Shown piece by piece: positions 50,570-60,639 of a DNA stretch of 64,000 nt (position 1 is its first letter; every line of letters starts with the position of its first letter). The notes under the pieces are model-generated. The model made no database searches and had not been told where the DNA came from. It saw only the letters and a program-made list of their open reading frames with translations. The stretch lies in contig JBEIPA010000007.1 of NCBI GenBank assembly GCA_040377305.1, positions 96,001 through 160,000 on the forward strand, read 5' to 3'. Origin of the DNA: Flavobacteriales bacterium. GTDB taxonomy: Bacteria; Bacteroidota; Bacteroidia; Palsa-965. The translations under genes were made by a program, and so were the position numbers.

Positions 50570-50762
50570 TTCGAGGGTAGGCAAAGGTACGTTTAATGCC
50601 GATTTACAGCGTCTGGGAATGAGACGGGGAAATAGTGAAAAAGTTACGGGTGATTGGTGTTAAATTCAGGTGTTTCATAAATAGAACATGGTAAAGTAAC
50701 TTATCGGGATTCACAGAAGGAATACCCATATCTTGAGCGGGATTCATTCACACCTTTTTCCT

Positions 50763-53700
50763 ATGCTTTTTTGGTCGCGTAATTTACTAAGGGCTTTGTC
50801 CTTCTTGGTTCTGTGCTGTTCGTCGCTAGTAAGTTGGGGTCAAGCGCCGAGGTTGATGATACCAGTGGGTCATTCGGGCAGGGTCTCGCAGATTGAATTT
50901 AGCCCTGACGGCAAATATGTTGTTACGCGTGGAGAGGAATCGGTTGCGATGGTGTGGGCAGTTCCAAGTGGGCGAAAGATTCATGAATTGGCTGGTCACA
51001 CGGATTTTATAGTTAGTGTAGAATTTAGCCCTGACGGGAAATCTATTCTCACAACTTCGAAGGACATGACCGCTAAAATATGGGATGCACTTTCCGGCCG
51101 TCTGCTGCGAACATTTACTTTCTCAACTTACAACATTATACCGGCAAGGTTTAGTCCGGATGGAAAGACCATTGTAACCTGTTCGATTGATTACACAGTC
51201 ACAATCTGGAATGTTGCAACCGGAGCAGCCTTGCATATTCTGACCGGGCACACAGAATTTCTGTTCGACGCGGAATTCAGTCATGATGGATTGAAGTTGG
51301 TTACTGCTTCGCGAGACAAGACAGCTATAGTTTGGGATACACGATCGGGAAAGAAGCTCGTTGTTCTGCAAGGACACACCGGCATGTTATACGGTGCTGC
51401 GTTTTCGAACGACGACCTACAAATAGTTTCGTATTCTGAAGACCATACGGCGAGAACCTGGAATGCAATTACGGGAGAGGAAGTGGCTTCTTTCACTCAT
51501 CAAAAATTAGTGCGCTCTGCCACCATCAATGCCACTCAGATGTATGTTCTCTCTGTTTCACAAGATGAAACCGCCGTGATTTGGGATCCGAAAAGTGGAA
51601 ATAAAATTCGCCTTTTGTGTGAAAGTACTAAGGGATTTTGGGGAGGAGATTTCAGTCCGGACGGTAAATTGGCGGTAACGTGGGGTCTGGATTCAGTTAA
51701 GGTATGTGACGTTGAATCCGGGAAAATGAAGTACTCCGTTATTGGGAGTAGCAGTGCGTTCAGCAAGGATGAAAAATATTTTATGGTTGGACATTACGGT
51801 GGGAGATGTGAGATGTATGAGGTTGCGACGGGTAGAAAGGTAGTGAGGCTAACAAGCACAGCTCAAAGTGTGGGACAACCACGATACAGTCCGGATGGCT
51901 TGAGATTGATTACGCAAGCAGATAGCAGCGTTTTGCTATGGGACCTAAAAAGTTCAACTGTAGTGAGCGAACTAAAGCACAAAGGTTGGGTAATGACAGC
52001 TGAATTTAGTGCAGATGGAAATTTTATCATCACCTCGTCATACGATTCAACAGCAAAGATATGGAGTGCTCATAGCGGCATGCTGATCAAATCGCTGGAA
52101 GGAGCGCGCGCAAAACTTTATTGCGCCAAATTCAGTCCGGATGGTGTACATGCATTGATCTATTCATACAAGAGCGAAATCATGATCTGGAATGTCTTGA
52201 CCGGAATTCAGATTCGAACCTTTGTGGGTCACACGAATTATTTAACCAGTGCCGAATTCAGTCACGACGGAAAATATGTTGTAAGCACTGCAAATGATTC
52301 AACAGCGATCGTTTGGGATTTTGCCACTGGAAATATATTGCAAAGGCTCAAGCATACTTACAGATTTGTTAAGAATGCGCGATTCAGTCTTGACGATAAA
52401 CTGGTTGTTTCGTCATCTGGAATTGCGGATGCATTTATTTGGGATCGGCAAACGGGAGTGCAACGCAGTGTTTTGTCCGGTTGGGAGCAAGTGAGCAGTA
52501 TAGAGTTTAGTCCTGACCGTAAAATGGTTGTTCTCTCAACATTGAACGAAGCACATATCTATGAACTGGAAACTGGAATTCTGATCAGAAAATTAAGTGG
52601 ACATACAATGGAAGTACTGCATGCTGAATTTAGTCCGGACGGAAAAATGATCGTGACGTCTTCCCGTGATCAAACCGCTAAAGTGTGGAATGCTTCTGTC
52701 GGAAAAGTGATCTACACGCTTAAGGGCCATGTCGATATAGTGTGGATCGCCAGATTCTCCCCAAGTGGCGAAAGTATTGTGACCACTTCGGCAGATTGCA
52801 GTAGAAAACTATGGGATGCGAAGACGGGAAAGTTGAAAAGTACTTCCATCACATTCGAAGGAGGCAATTACATTACTTTGATAGCGAACGGCTATTATCG
52901 CGCAACGATTCCTGGAGCGCAGCAGCTACATTATGTAACTACGGACCTGAAGGTAATTTCCTTCGAACAGTTGGATGTCAGGTACAATCGCCCTGATCTT
53001 GTTATGAAGGAGTCGGGGAGCACTGACACGATTATGATGAAGTCGTATCGGGAAGTTTACAACAAAAGAATTCGTCGCGCTGGATTAAAAGCTGGCTCGT
53101 TTCAGCAAGGAGTTGATGTTCCCGAAAGCACTATTCTCAACCCGCCTGTGTATCAACAAACACAGTTAAAACTCAATGTGCACATACGCGCCAATGACAT
53201 GCGGTTCGCCTTGGAGTACCTGAACGTTTGGGTAAACGATAGCCCTTTGTGGGGGCAGTTCGGAATCGATCTGCGAAACAAGAGGTCACAGGTGATCGAT
53301 ACAATTATTGAAATCACGCTGAGCGATGGCTTGAACAGAATTACAACTTCTGTCACAAATGCAAACGGAACCGAAAGCTACCGCAGTCCGGTTTACGTCA
53401 ACTATACACCTGTTGAACGTACACCACAAAAAACATACTACATCGGCATCGGTGTCGATCACTTCGCAAACCCAAAGTATAATCTCACCTGGTCAACGAA
53501 AGATATACGGGATATGTGTGCCGCAATGAAAGTGAAGTACGGCAACAATTTTGTCCTCGTCGACACACTGTTCAATGAAAACGTCACTGTCGAAAATGTT
53601 CAGGCCATCAAGGCGAAACTGATGAAGACAAACATTAACGACAAAGTCATTATCGCGTATTCCGGACACGGTTTGCTCAGCGACAACTATGATTATTACT

Positions 53701-54236
53701 TGTCGACTTACGATGTAAACTTCCACAAACCCGAAGAGAAGGGGCTCGCTTACGAAGAGTTAGAAAATCTCGTGGATGGAATTCCTGCGCGACAAAAGCT
53801 CATGCTCATTGACGCTTGTCACAGTGGGGAAGTGGACAAAGAAGAAATGCTCAAGATCAAACAAGCGAAGCAGGACACGAGTTTGCATCTTGTTGCTAAC
53901 GGAAAAGGATTTGAAACTGATCCGGATACTTCCAACAGAAAGCTCGGAACACAAAACAGTTTCGAATTGATGTCGACTTTGTTTGTGAATGTGAGTCGGG
54001 GAACCGGAACGACGGTGATCGCAGCTGCGAGCGGAACGCAATTCGCTTATGAGAATGGCGACCTGCAGAACGGAGTATTCACCTATTGTTTTCTCGAAAT
54101 GATGCGAACACAGAAAACGTGTACAGTTCAGCAGATGAAAACCAGTGTGAGTACAAAAGTGGAAAAGCTCACGAATGGATTGCAGCGACCGACTTCGAGA
54201 ACAGAGACGAGTGGCTATGATTGGGTGTTGTGGTAA
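50763..54236 (+). CDS. Exported WD40-repeat protein with a C-terminal caspase-like (peptidase C14) domain
   Basis: Many GH...FSPDG...WD repeats; YSGHG and DACHSG catalytic dyad motifs. Confidence 0.92.
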   Translation: MLFWSRNLLRALSFLVLCCSSLVSWGQAPRLMIPVGHSGRVSQIEFSPDGKYVVTRGEESVAMVWAVPSGRKIHELAGHTDFIVSVEFSPDGKSILTTSKDMTAKIWDALSGRLLRTFTFSTYNIIPARFSPDGKTIVTCSIDYTVTIWNVATGAALHILTGHTEFLFDAEFSHDGLKLVTASRDKTAIVWDTRSGKKLVVLQGHTGMLYGAAFSNDDLQIVSYSEDHTARTWNAITGEEVASFTHQKLVRSATINATQMYVLSVSQDETAVIWDPKSGNKIRLLCESTKGFWGGDFSPDGKLAVTWGLDSVKVCDVESGKMKYSVIGSSSAFSKDEKYFMVGHYGGRCEMYEVATGRKVVRLTSTAQSVGQPRYSPDGLRLITQADSSVLLWDLKSSTVVSELKHKGWVMTAEFSADGNFIITSSYDSTAKIWSAHSGMLIKSLEGARAKLYCAKFSPDGVHALIYSYKSEIMIWNVLTGIQIRTFVGHTNYLTSAEFSHDGKYVVSTANDSTAIVWDFATGNILQRLKHTYRFVKNARFSLDDKLVVSSSGIADAFIWDRQTGVQRSVLSGWEQVSSIEFSPDRKMVVLSTLNEAHIYELETGILIRKLSGHTMEVLHAEFSPDGKMIVTSSRDQTAKVWNASVGKVIYTLKGHVDIVWIARFSPSGESIVTTSADCSRKLWDAKTGKLKSTSITFEGGNYITLIANGYYRATIPGAQQLHYVTTDLKVISFEQLDVRYNRPDLVMKESGSTDTIMMKSYREVYNKRIRRAGLKAGSFQQGVDVPESTILNPPVYQQTQLKLNVHIRANDMRFALEYLNVWVNDSPLWGQFGIDLRNKRSQVIDTIIEITLSDGLNRITTSVTNANGTESYRSPVYVNYTPVERTPQKTYYIGIGVDHFANPKYNLTWSTKDIRDMCAAMKVKYGNNFVLVDTLFNENVTVENVQAIKAKLMKTNINDKVIIAYSGHGLLSDNYDYYLSTYDVNFHKPEEKGLAYEELENLVDGIPARQKLMLIDACHSGEVDKEEMLKIKQAKQDTSLHLVANGKGFETDPDTSNRKLGTQNSFELMSTLFVNVSRGTGTTVIAAASGTQFAYENGDLQNGVFTYCFLEMMRTQKTCTVQQMKTSVSTKVEKLTNGLQRPTSRTETSGYDWVLW

Positions 54237-54271
54237 CAGATTATACAACCGATCTTTTGCACAACTTAATT

Positions 54272-55300
54272 TCACGTTGGCATATCATCTTCGCCTTCAT
54301 TATTGGTTTTTAGAATTGCGCGGATGCGATCAATATGTATCTGAGACATTTTCGCTCTTTCCAGAGCAGATTTTGAGCCAACGCCTTTTTTCGTACGCGC
54401 CACTGCAGTCAGGAGATTCTTCCGCTCCTCAAACATGCGAAGTGCCGTCCACATGGTTTCTTCAATCTTTCGGGTCTGTTCAGCTAACAGAGAAGCCGCA
54501 GTAAAAGCGTGCCCCGTATGACAACGAAACCGCAGGCTGCTGTCCTGATCTACTTTCCACAAAACACCACCGCAACCGGGACAGTTAAACGGAACCTGAT
54601 CGCCAAGCTGCTCCACGGAAGACAAATCACTGGTTACGCGTTCTGCAATTTGCGCTTCGAGTAAAACATCTTTCGGAATTGGTTTTTGCTTTGCTAATTT
54701 CCGTGTGACAAGTTTAGCTAGCAGGTCTCCCATTTCTGAGATTGGAAGGCAATGATCTACGCTCACGTTTTTCAAAGCATTTTCCGGCATTGCAGGATAC
54801 TCTGCATCGTCAGGATCCTGCACAATACAGATTCCCCCACATCTCTTGATCGCTTTCAAACCAGATGTTCCATCATCGAGATAGCCCGTGAGAATTATTC
54901 CGATTACACCGCTGCTAAATGCAACTGCTGCAGAACGGAACAAGGGATCAATTGCCGGACGTGATCTGTTTTCCTGAGCTCCTTTAGTGACCAGTATTTT
55001 CTTGTCTCCGTCGAGAAGCATGTGGTGATCTGATGGAGCAAGATATAAATGTCCGGCTTTAAGAGTCGCTCCGTTTTTTGCGTGTTCACACTTCAGCGTG
55101 CCTAGCTTGTTGAGTTCGTCTAACAGAACATTGCCGGTTGCATCGGGAGAAATGTGCCTCACAACTAATACCGGAACTGGAAAATCACGGTCAAACTGGC
55201 CGATGAGATTTTGCAGTGCGTGTAGACCTCCCGCTGAAGTACCAACTACAAGTACCCGCGATATTTTTTTAGCCGAATTGCTTTTGCTCTTTTTCCTCAT
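54272..55300 (-). CDS. cheB: CheB-type methylesterase with a C-terminal CxxC/CxxH domain
   Basis: GTSAGG, RPAIDPLFRSAA, ILTGYLDDG, CPGCGG, RCHTGH. Confidence 0.85.
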   Translation of the reverse strand: MRKKSKSNSAKKISRVLVVGTSAGGLHALQNLIGQFDRDFPVPVLVVRHISPDATGNVLLDELNKLGTLKCEHAKNGATLKAGHLYLAPSDHHMLLDGDKKILVTKGAQENRSRPAIDPLFRSAAVAFSSGVIGIILTGYLDDGTSGLKAIKRCGGICIVQDPDDAEYPAMPENALKNVSVDHCLPISEMGDLLAKLVTRKLAKQKPIPKDVLLEAQIAERVTSDLSSVEQLGDQVPFNCPGCGGVLWKVDQDSSLRFRCHTGHAFTAASLLAEQTRKIEETMWTALRMFEERKNLLTAVARTKKGVGSKSALERAKMSQIHIDRIRAILKTNNEGEDDMPT

Positions 55301-55519
55301 TCGAATCAACCGCAGTGGTTCAAAAACTGCACCATAGATTTTAGTACGATTCAGAAGAAGAAGTGGGCGTATGATGCGAATAGCGCGTGTTTGTAGTGTA
55401 ATCACATTGCGCAGGAACTACATGACTGGGATGTTGGGGCATTTATGAAACACATTCAATCAGGCGACTGAAGTTTTACGATGCAGGAACGACAAAGTAT
55501 TTAAGCCGATTTACTCCCT

Positions 55520-56131
55520 TTACTCCGGAACATCCTGATTTGGTTTTCGCTTAATAAACATCCGACGTATCGAATTCGTAAAACGTTTATCTGTAGGATA
55601 TTTCCGATGACGCGTGATGTTGTTGAAAATCATTGCAACGGCTAATAGAATTAAAGTGCCGCTGAGTACTGGAGTTAGTACGTACCAATATCCCAATGCC
55701 GTAATTTTTTCAGAACCGATAACTGCAATCAACGCGGTTGCTCCACCCGGAGGATGTAATGTTTTAGTAACCTGCATCGCTACAATGGAAAGCGCTACAG
55801 CCAACGGCGCGGTCAACCAAATGATATCCGGAAGGAATTTACAAATCGTTACACCCACAACTGCAGAAATCAAATGTCCACCAATCAGATTTCTCGGCTG
55901 GGCCAATGGACTCTGAATAGCACCATAAATAAGTACGCATGATGCACCGAAAGAACCGATCAGAAAAATGTTTTCGTCTTTGGTGAGAAAATGGCTCTGC
56001 AGAAATGCGATGATTGCAATACCAACGAATGCACCAATGAACGACCAAAAATGTTCTTTGCTGTCGACAAGTGTTTCCTTGTAAATCACGTACCGCGAAA
56101 CGCGCAGACTTCTTTTGATTCTTTTTCTCAC
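55520..56131 (-). CDS. HPP family membrane protein
   Basis: GSFGAS, SPLAQPRN, HPPGGA; GTG start 5 nt from TACCTTTG. Confidence 0.9.
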   Translation of the reverse strand: MRKRIKRSLRVSRYVIYKETLVDSKEHFWSFIGAFVGIAIIAFLQSHFLTKDENIFLIGSFGASCVLIYGAIQSPLAQPRNLIGGHLISAVVGVTICKFLPDIIWLTAPLAVALSIVAMQVTKTLHPPGGATALIAVIGSEKITALGYWYVLTPVLSGTLILLAVAMIFNNITRHRKYPTDKRFTNSIRRMFIKRKPNQDVPE

Positions 56132-56220
56132 AGGCGCAAAGGTACAGTATGTTGTTCCGCGGATAACGATGTTAAATGTTATCGACAATCAACGTCTCGT
56201 TCAGTTGTACGACGTATCCA

Positions 56221-56658
56221 TTAATTTCCCGACTCACCTTTACTATTCTTCGTATGCACCAGAATCTTCTCGATAATAATCCGGATTTCATCCGTGCTCT
56301 GATGCATGTCCATGCTTTTTTTCAGGCAATATGACGCGCCCAGTTCTTTCGCGCGAGCCTGGTATTCTTCCATTTCTCCGGCTGAATACATCACAACCGG
56401 AATATGTTCGAGGAAATGATATTTCTTGATGGCCTGAAGTGTTTCCACTCCATTCATGCGTGGCATCTTCATATCCATAAAAATCATATCGGGAATTTCT
56501 GCGTGATCAGCAGTCAGTTTCATGATTGCCGTAACACCATCATCCGCCGATTCAAGTTTGATACGTGGATCAATTTCTTTCAGCATTTCCCTGAATAGAA
56601 CTCTGTCGCTGTGTGAATCGTCGACGAGCAAAATGAGAACGGGTTTGTCGGTAATCAT
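56221..56658 (-). CDS. Single-domain response regulator
   Basis: LVDD, FMDMKMPRMNG, GASYCLKK. Confidence 0.88.
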   Translation of the reverse strand: MITDKPVLILLVDDSHSDRVLFREMLKEIDPRIKLESADDGVTAIMKLTADHAEIPDMIFMDMKMPRMNGVETLQAIKKYHFLEHIPVVMYSAGEMEEYQARAKELGASYCLKKSMDMHQSTDEIRIIIEKILVHTKNSKGESGN

Positions 56659-56690
56659 GTTTCAGCGGTTTTGACATTCGTGCGGGCAAT

Positions 56691-57701
56691 CTATTCGAAC
56701 TGTTTTTTCTCTAGCCTAAGCCATTCGAGCGCCGCGGCACTCAACACCTTCTCCTTCTTTTCATCACTCCAGTCCATAGACTTGATGAGTTGTCCCGGAA
56801 CATTTTCTCCGAGCGGAAATGGATAATCGCTTCCCAGCGCAACACGATCGGGTCCAAACTGATCTACCACAAAATTGAGCATGTTTTTATCATGAACGAG
56901 TGAATCAATCCAGAATTTTGAAATGTAATTCTTCGGAGGGACGTTGTTGTTGATCGCAACTAAATCAGGACGACAATCGAATCCATGCTGAACACGACCA
57001 ACTGTTGATGGAAATGATCCACCACCATGTGCGAATGCAACACGCAGCTTCGGGAGCTTTTCAAAAATTCCTCCGAAGATCATCGAACAGATTGCACGCG
57101 ATGTTTCAGCAGGCATGCCCACGAGCCAGGGCAGCCAGTATTTCTGCATGTCTTTTTCTCCCATCATTTCCCAGGGGTGAATAAAAACCGCCATATCAAG
57201 ATCTTCGCAAGCCTTGAAGATTTCAAAAAATTCTGCTTCGTCGAGATTTTTCTGATTCACGTTTGTTCCGATCTGCACACCCTTCAATCCGATTTCTTTG
57301 CAACGTTTCAGTTCCTGCACAGCGAGTTTTGCATCCTGCATTGGAATTGTTCCGAGTCCAATGAATCGTTTCGGAAATCGTTTGCAGATATCGGCAATGT
57401 GATCATTCAGGAAAATGGAAATCTCTAAGCAGTCTTGCGGTTTCGCCCAATAGCTGAACATCACCGGAACAGTTGAAAGCACCTGCACGTGTACATCCTG
57501 GGAATCGCATTCTTTCATGCGTGTTTCCGCACTCCAGCAATTGTCTTCGATCTCACGAAAGAACTTTCCGTCATCGCGAATCATACGCGCACAACACGGC
57601 TTAATGTGATCAAGCTGAATGAATCCTCCATAACCGAATTTCTCTTTCCAGTTCGGAATATTCTCCGGCAGAATATGTGTATGAATATCTATTGTAAGCA
57701 T
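56691..57701 (-). CDS. 2-amino-3-carboxymuconate-6-semialdehyde decarboxylase (ACMSD)
   Basis: DIHTH, FIHPW, WLVGMPAET, AHGGG, GSDYPFPLGE. Confidence 0.93.
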   Translation of the reverse strand: MLTIDIHTHILPENIPNWKEKFGYGGFIQLDHIKPCCARMIRDDGKFFREIEDNCWSAETRMKECDSQDVHVQVLSTVPVMFSYWAKPQDCLEISIFLNDHIADICKRFPKRFIGLGTIPMQDAKLAVQELKRCKEIGLKGVQIGTNVNQKNLDEAEFFEIFKACEDLDMAVFIHPWEMMGEKDMQKYWLPWLVGMPAETSRAICSMIFGGIFEKLPKLRVAFAHGGGSFPSTVGRVQHGFDCRPDLVAINNNVPPKNYISKFWIDSLVHDKNMLNFVVDQFGPDRVALGSDYPFPLGENVPGQLIKSMDWSDEKKEKVLSAAALEWLRLEKKQFE

Positions 57702-59863
57702 TACTTTTCTATTCCTTGCTGACGTAATTTCTCTGCAGCGTTTGCATACTCCTGAGCTTTTTGGGTGTCTCCCAGCATTTGGTAGGTAGTCGACGTTGAC
57801 AAATACGCCGCACGGAAATTCGGATTCGACGCTATTGCATTCAACGAATTCTGGAGTGACTTGTTGAACAATTGATTCGACTTCGCTACGTATGCAGTTG
57901 CACTATCAGGTCGTGTTACCGCAAGATTGCGATATTTCATGCCCCATGTTCCGTAAACCGCTGCAAGGTTGTTGTACGCTTCAGGATACTGTGCATTAAG
58001 ATGTACTGCATTCTGCAACTGGTATTCTGCTTCAACCAACCGATTCTCGTTGAAGAGCAATCGTCCGTAGTTGCTACGATACATGGCCATTGCCGGTGAT
58101 GTCTTCACTGCGAGTTTGTAATAATATTCCGCGCTATCGATCTGCTTTTTGTCGTAATACATTTCCGCCAGTTTCTGAATCGCATCTCCATAACCAGGAT
58201 ATAGATTCATTGCGTTACGGAATTCTATCATGGCAGTATCCATGATTTGGTTGTACTCCGGAGAACCTACAGGATAAGGTTTAAGTTCTTCATCCTGCGT
58301 GATGTGATTCGCATAGAAGTAATGCAGTTTACAGCTCTTTTCAGAAATCTGCATGTCGGTTCCGTACAGCGATAGATTGTCGTACCAAACCGGATTTCGC
58401 ATCACTGTAATTCCTGAATAGATCAACGCAATGATTCCGACTACTGCGATCGGTTTCAGGTTGACCTTGAAGAATGAGTTGAGCGATTCTGCTTTCGTTT
58501 CTTCCGCGAAGAATATCCGGTGAATAGCCCAGGCAAGAATGATGCAGACGCCGAGTGAAGGGGTGTACAACAAACGTTCTCCATAATTTGTTCCGAGAAT
58601 AAACGGAATGTTCGACACCACGCTGAATGTAATCAGGAAGTACAACACGGCGAATGAAACAATATGCTTCGAACGGAATTTCAGGATTGCGAAAACAATT
58701 CCGCCGCCATAAATTACAAGTGCAACCAAAAACTGCCACGAAGCCATTCCGAATTCCGGCATTTGCGCAATGGAAGCGTCACACACCAATTCGTACGGAA
58801 CAAAAAGCTTGATCGCATAGATTCCCGCAATGGCAATGGCTGCAATACGTTGTCCAATGAATCCGTCAATTCCAGCAATGTAGTTATCCACAACAGGAAC
58901 GGGACTTGAGGCATGGATTCCAAGAACTAGTAACCGGATTACAAGAAACAGTAGTACAACTCCCGCCGTTGCGAAGTAGACTGACCGTTGCGGTGTTCCG
59001 ATGAGCCAGCGAAGTTTGTATTGAAGTTCCATCTTTCGACGCAAACTGCCGCTAATGCCAATCGGAGGATTATCAATGAGGCTTTTCTGTTGCAAAGCTT
59101 CTTTACTTTCAGGAATGAAGAAGTAAATCATCAATGGGAAAATCGCTACGAAAGTAATTGCAGATTCTTTCGACAACATGCACAGGAAGTAACTCACTCC
59201 GGCGAAAACCAAATGTTTGGTTTGCTTCGAGAAAATATAACGATGAATGTACAACGCCGTTACGACGAAGAAGAGGAAGCACAGAATATCATCCCGCCCT
59301 TTGATGTTTGCGACGACTTCGGTGTGAATCGGATGGACTGCAAATAGAACGGAAGCGAGAAAAGGCACAACAAGTTGTCCATTCATGTAACGCCTCAGCA
59401 TTTTAAAAAGCAGTACGACGCTCAATGTAAAAAGCAACACGTTGAAGAAATGTCCAATGAATGGATTGTTCTCACTCATGCTCCATTCAATTGCGAACAT
59501 CACTTTTGAAAGCGGGCGATATAATGTCACATCACCTCCAAGCATTCCGGAGCGATAAGATGTACTGAGAATCTTGCCCACATTTGCAACTCCACCTTTT
59601 GTATCCTGATTTTCCAGAATCAAACCGTAATCGTCGAGCGCGTATTGATTGCCGAGCGAATTGAGATAAACTCCTGCAGCGAGAAGGATAAGAATGAGGT
59701 TGAGCCTCTTTACGAAATCGTAATCCCGCAATCGCGGACGTGTGGCTGGTTGCGGAATCTTTTTCTTTACAGCAACAGGTACAGACTCATCTGTAGCAAG
59801 TTCTGCTTTGTGTTGTTCGCTTTGAAGCTTAGCGCGTTCTTTCCGCGTTAATTTTCCCGACAT
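57701..59863 (-). CDS. TMTC-like GT-C glycosyltransferase with C-terminal TPRs
   Basis: DD, YRPL, HPIHTEVVANI.GR, SKES, ERLLY, WYDNLSLY, TPR tail. Confidence 0.85.
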   Translation of the reverse strand: MSGKLTRKERAKLQSEQHKAELATDESVPVAVKKKIPQPATRPRLRDYDFVKRLNLILILLAAGVYLNSLGNQYALDDYGLILENQDTKGGVANVGKILSTSYRSGMLGGDVTLYRPLSKVMFAIEWSMSENNPFIGHFFNVLLFTLSVVLLFKMLRRYMNGQLVVPFLASVLFAVHPIHTEVVANIKGRDDILCFLFFVVTALYIHRYIFSKQTKHLVFAGVSYFLCMLSKESAITFVAIFPLMIYFFIPESKEALQQKSLIDNPPIGISGSLRRKMELQYKLRWLIGTPQRSVYFATAGVVLLFLVIRLLVLGIHASSPVPVVDNYIAGIDGFIGQRIAAIAIAGIYAIKLFVPYELVCDASIAQMPEFGMASWQFLVALVIYGGGIVFAILKFRSKHIVSFAVLYFLITFSVVSNIPFILGTNYGERLLYTPSLGVCIILAWAIHRIFFAEETKAESLNSFFKVNLKPIAVVGIIALIYSGITVMRNPVWYDNLSLYGTDMQISEKSCKLHYFYANHITQDEELKPYPVGSPEYNQIMDTAMIEFRNAMNLYPGYGDAIQKLAEMYYDKKQIDSAEYYYKLAVKTSPAMAMYRSNYGRLLFNENRLVEAEYQLQNAVHLNAQYPEAYNNLAAVYGTWGMKYRNLAVTRPDSATAYVAKSNQLFNKSLQNSLNAIASNPNFRAAYLSTSTTYQMLGDTQKAQEYANAAEKLRQQGIEK

Positions 59864-59871
59864 AACTTGGC

Positions 59872-60393
59872 TTAAACCGGATTAGCTGGTGGTTCCATTA
59901 CGTGTGCACACTTCTTGCAGGTGCGGAGATCAAGGTTTCCGTAGAATTTCGCGAAGACGCCCTGAAATTGTGATGCGATATCTGTGAGTGTGAAATACTC
60001 TTCATATAATTTCTCATTGCACTTCTCGCAGAACCACATCAATCCGTCTTTCTCACCATCGCGACGTCTGCGTTCCATAACCAAACCTATCGTGTTCGCG
60101 CCGCGAGCAGGATTGTGCGGCACACGCGGAGGCAGCAGAAAAATTTCTCCTTCGTTGATTGGAACGGAAACCGCTTTCCCATCTTCCTGAATAGTTACAT
60201 TGATATTTCCCTCGAGTTGATAGAAAAATTCTTCGCTTTCGTTGTAGTGATAATCTTTGCGGGAATTCGGTCCGCCAACAACCATTACAATGAATTCTGC
60301 ATCCTTGTAAACAACCTTATTCGATACAGGGGGTTTAAGCAAATGGCGGTTTTCATCGATCCATTTTTTGAAGCTGAAAGGGCGTGTTATCAT
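59872..60393 (-). CDS. nbaC: 3-hydroxyanthranilate 3,4-dioxygenase
   Basis: LKPPV, GGPNSRKDYH, EEFFYQ, PHNP, CEKC...CKKC rubredoxin-like site. Confidence 0.95.
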   Translation of the reverse strand: MITRPFSFKKWIDENRHLLKPPVSNKVVYKDAEFIVMVVGGPNSRKDYHYNESEEFFYQLEGNINVTIQEDGKAVSVPINEGEIFLLPPRVPHNPARGANTIGLVMERRRRDGEKDGLMWFCEKCNEKLYEEYFTLTDIASQFQGVFAKFYGNLDLRTCKKCAHVMEPPANPV

Positions 60394-60413
60394 AGTGGAA
60401 TAAAGATAGGGAA

Positions 60414-60622
60414 TAGATGGGAGTTGGGAGATCGGAGACGGGAGTGCTTTTGGGTTCCGTGGGCTAAAGCCGCACGGTTATTCCCATATCAGTTTATTTT
60501 GGTATTGACAGGTGTAAAAATGGCAAAGCCATTTTTACACCTGTCCCTTCTACAAAAAGCACACGACCTGATAACCTTGTGGCTTTAGCCCAAGGATTTG
60601 AAGGTCCTCCGTCTCCCGTCTA
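60414..60622. mobile_element. 209-bp nested-palindrome element, copy 1 (REPIN/MITE-like)
   Basis: TAGATGGGAG...CTCCCGTCTA ends; GGGCTAAAGCC arms; central 18-bp hairpin; homologous to 62984-63192. Confidence 0.75.
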
Positions 60623-60639
60623 ATCGCTACTTTCGTAGC

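Noticed and set aside
55428-55439. GGGATGTTG upstream of cheB as a target of the GGGGAUGUUG loop
   Set aside because: A 9-nt match is expected by chance in a window this size, and it is about 130 nt from the start codon
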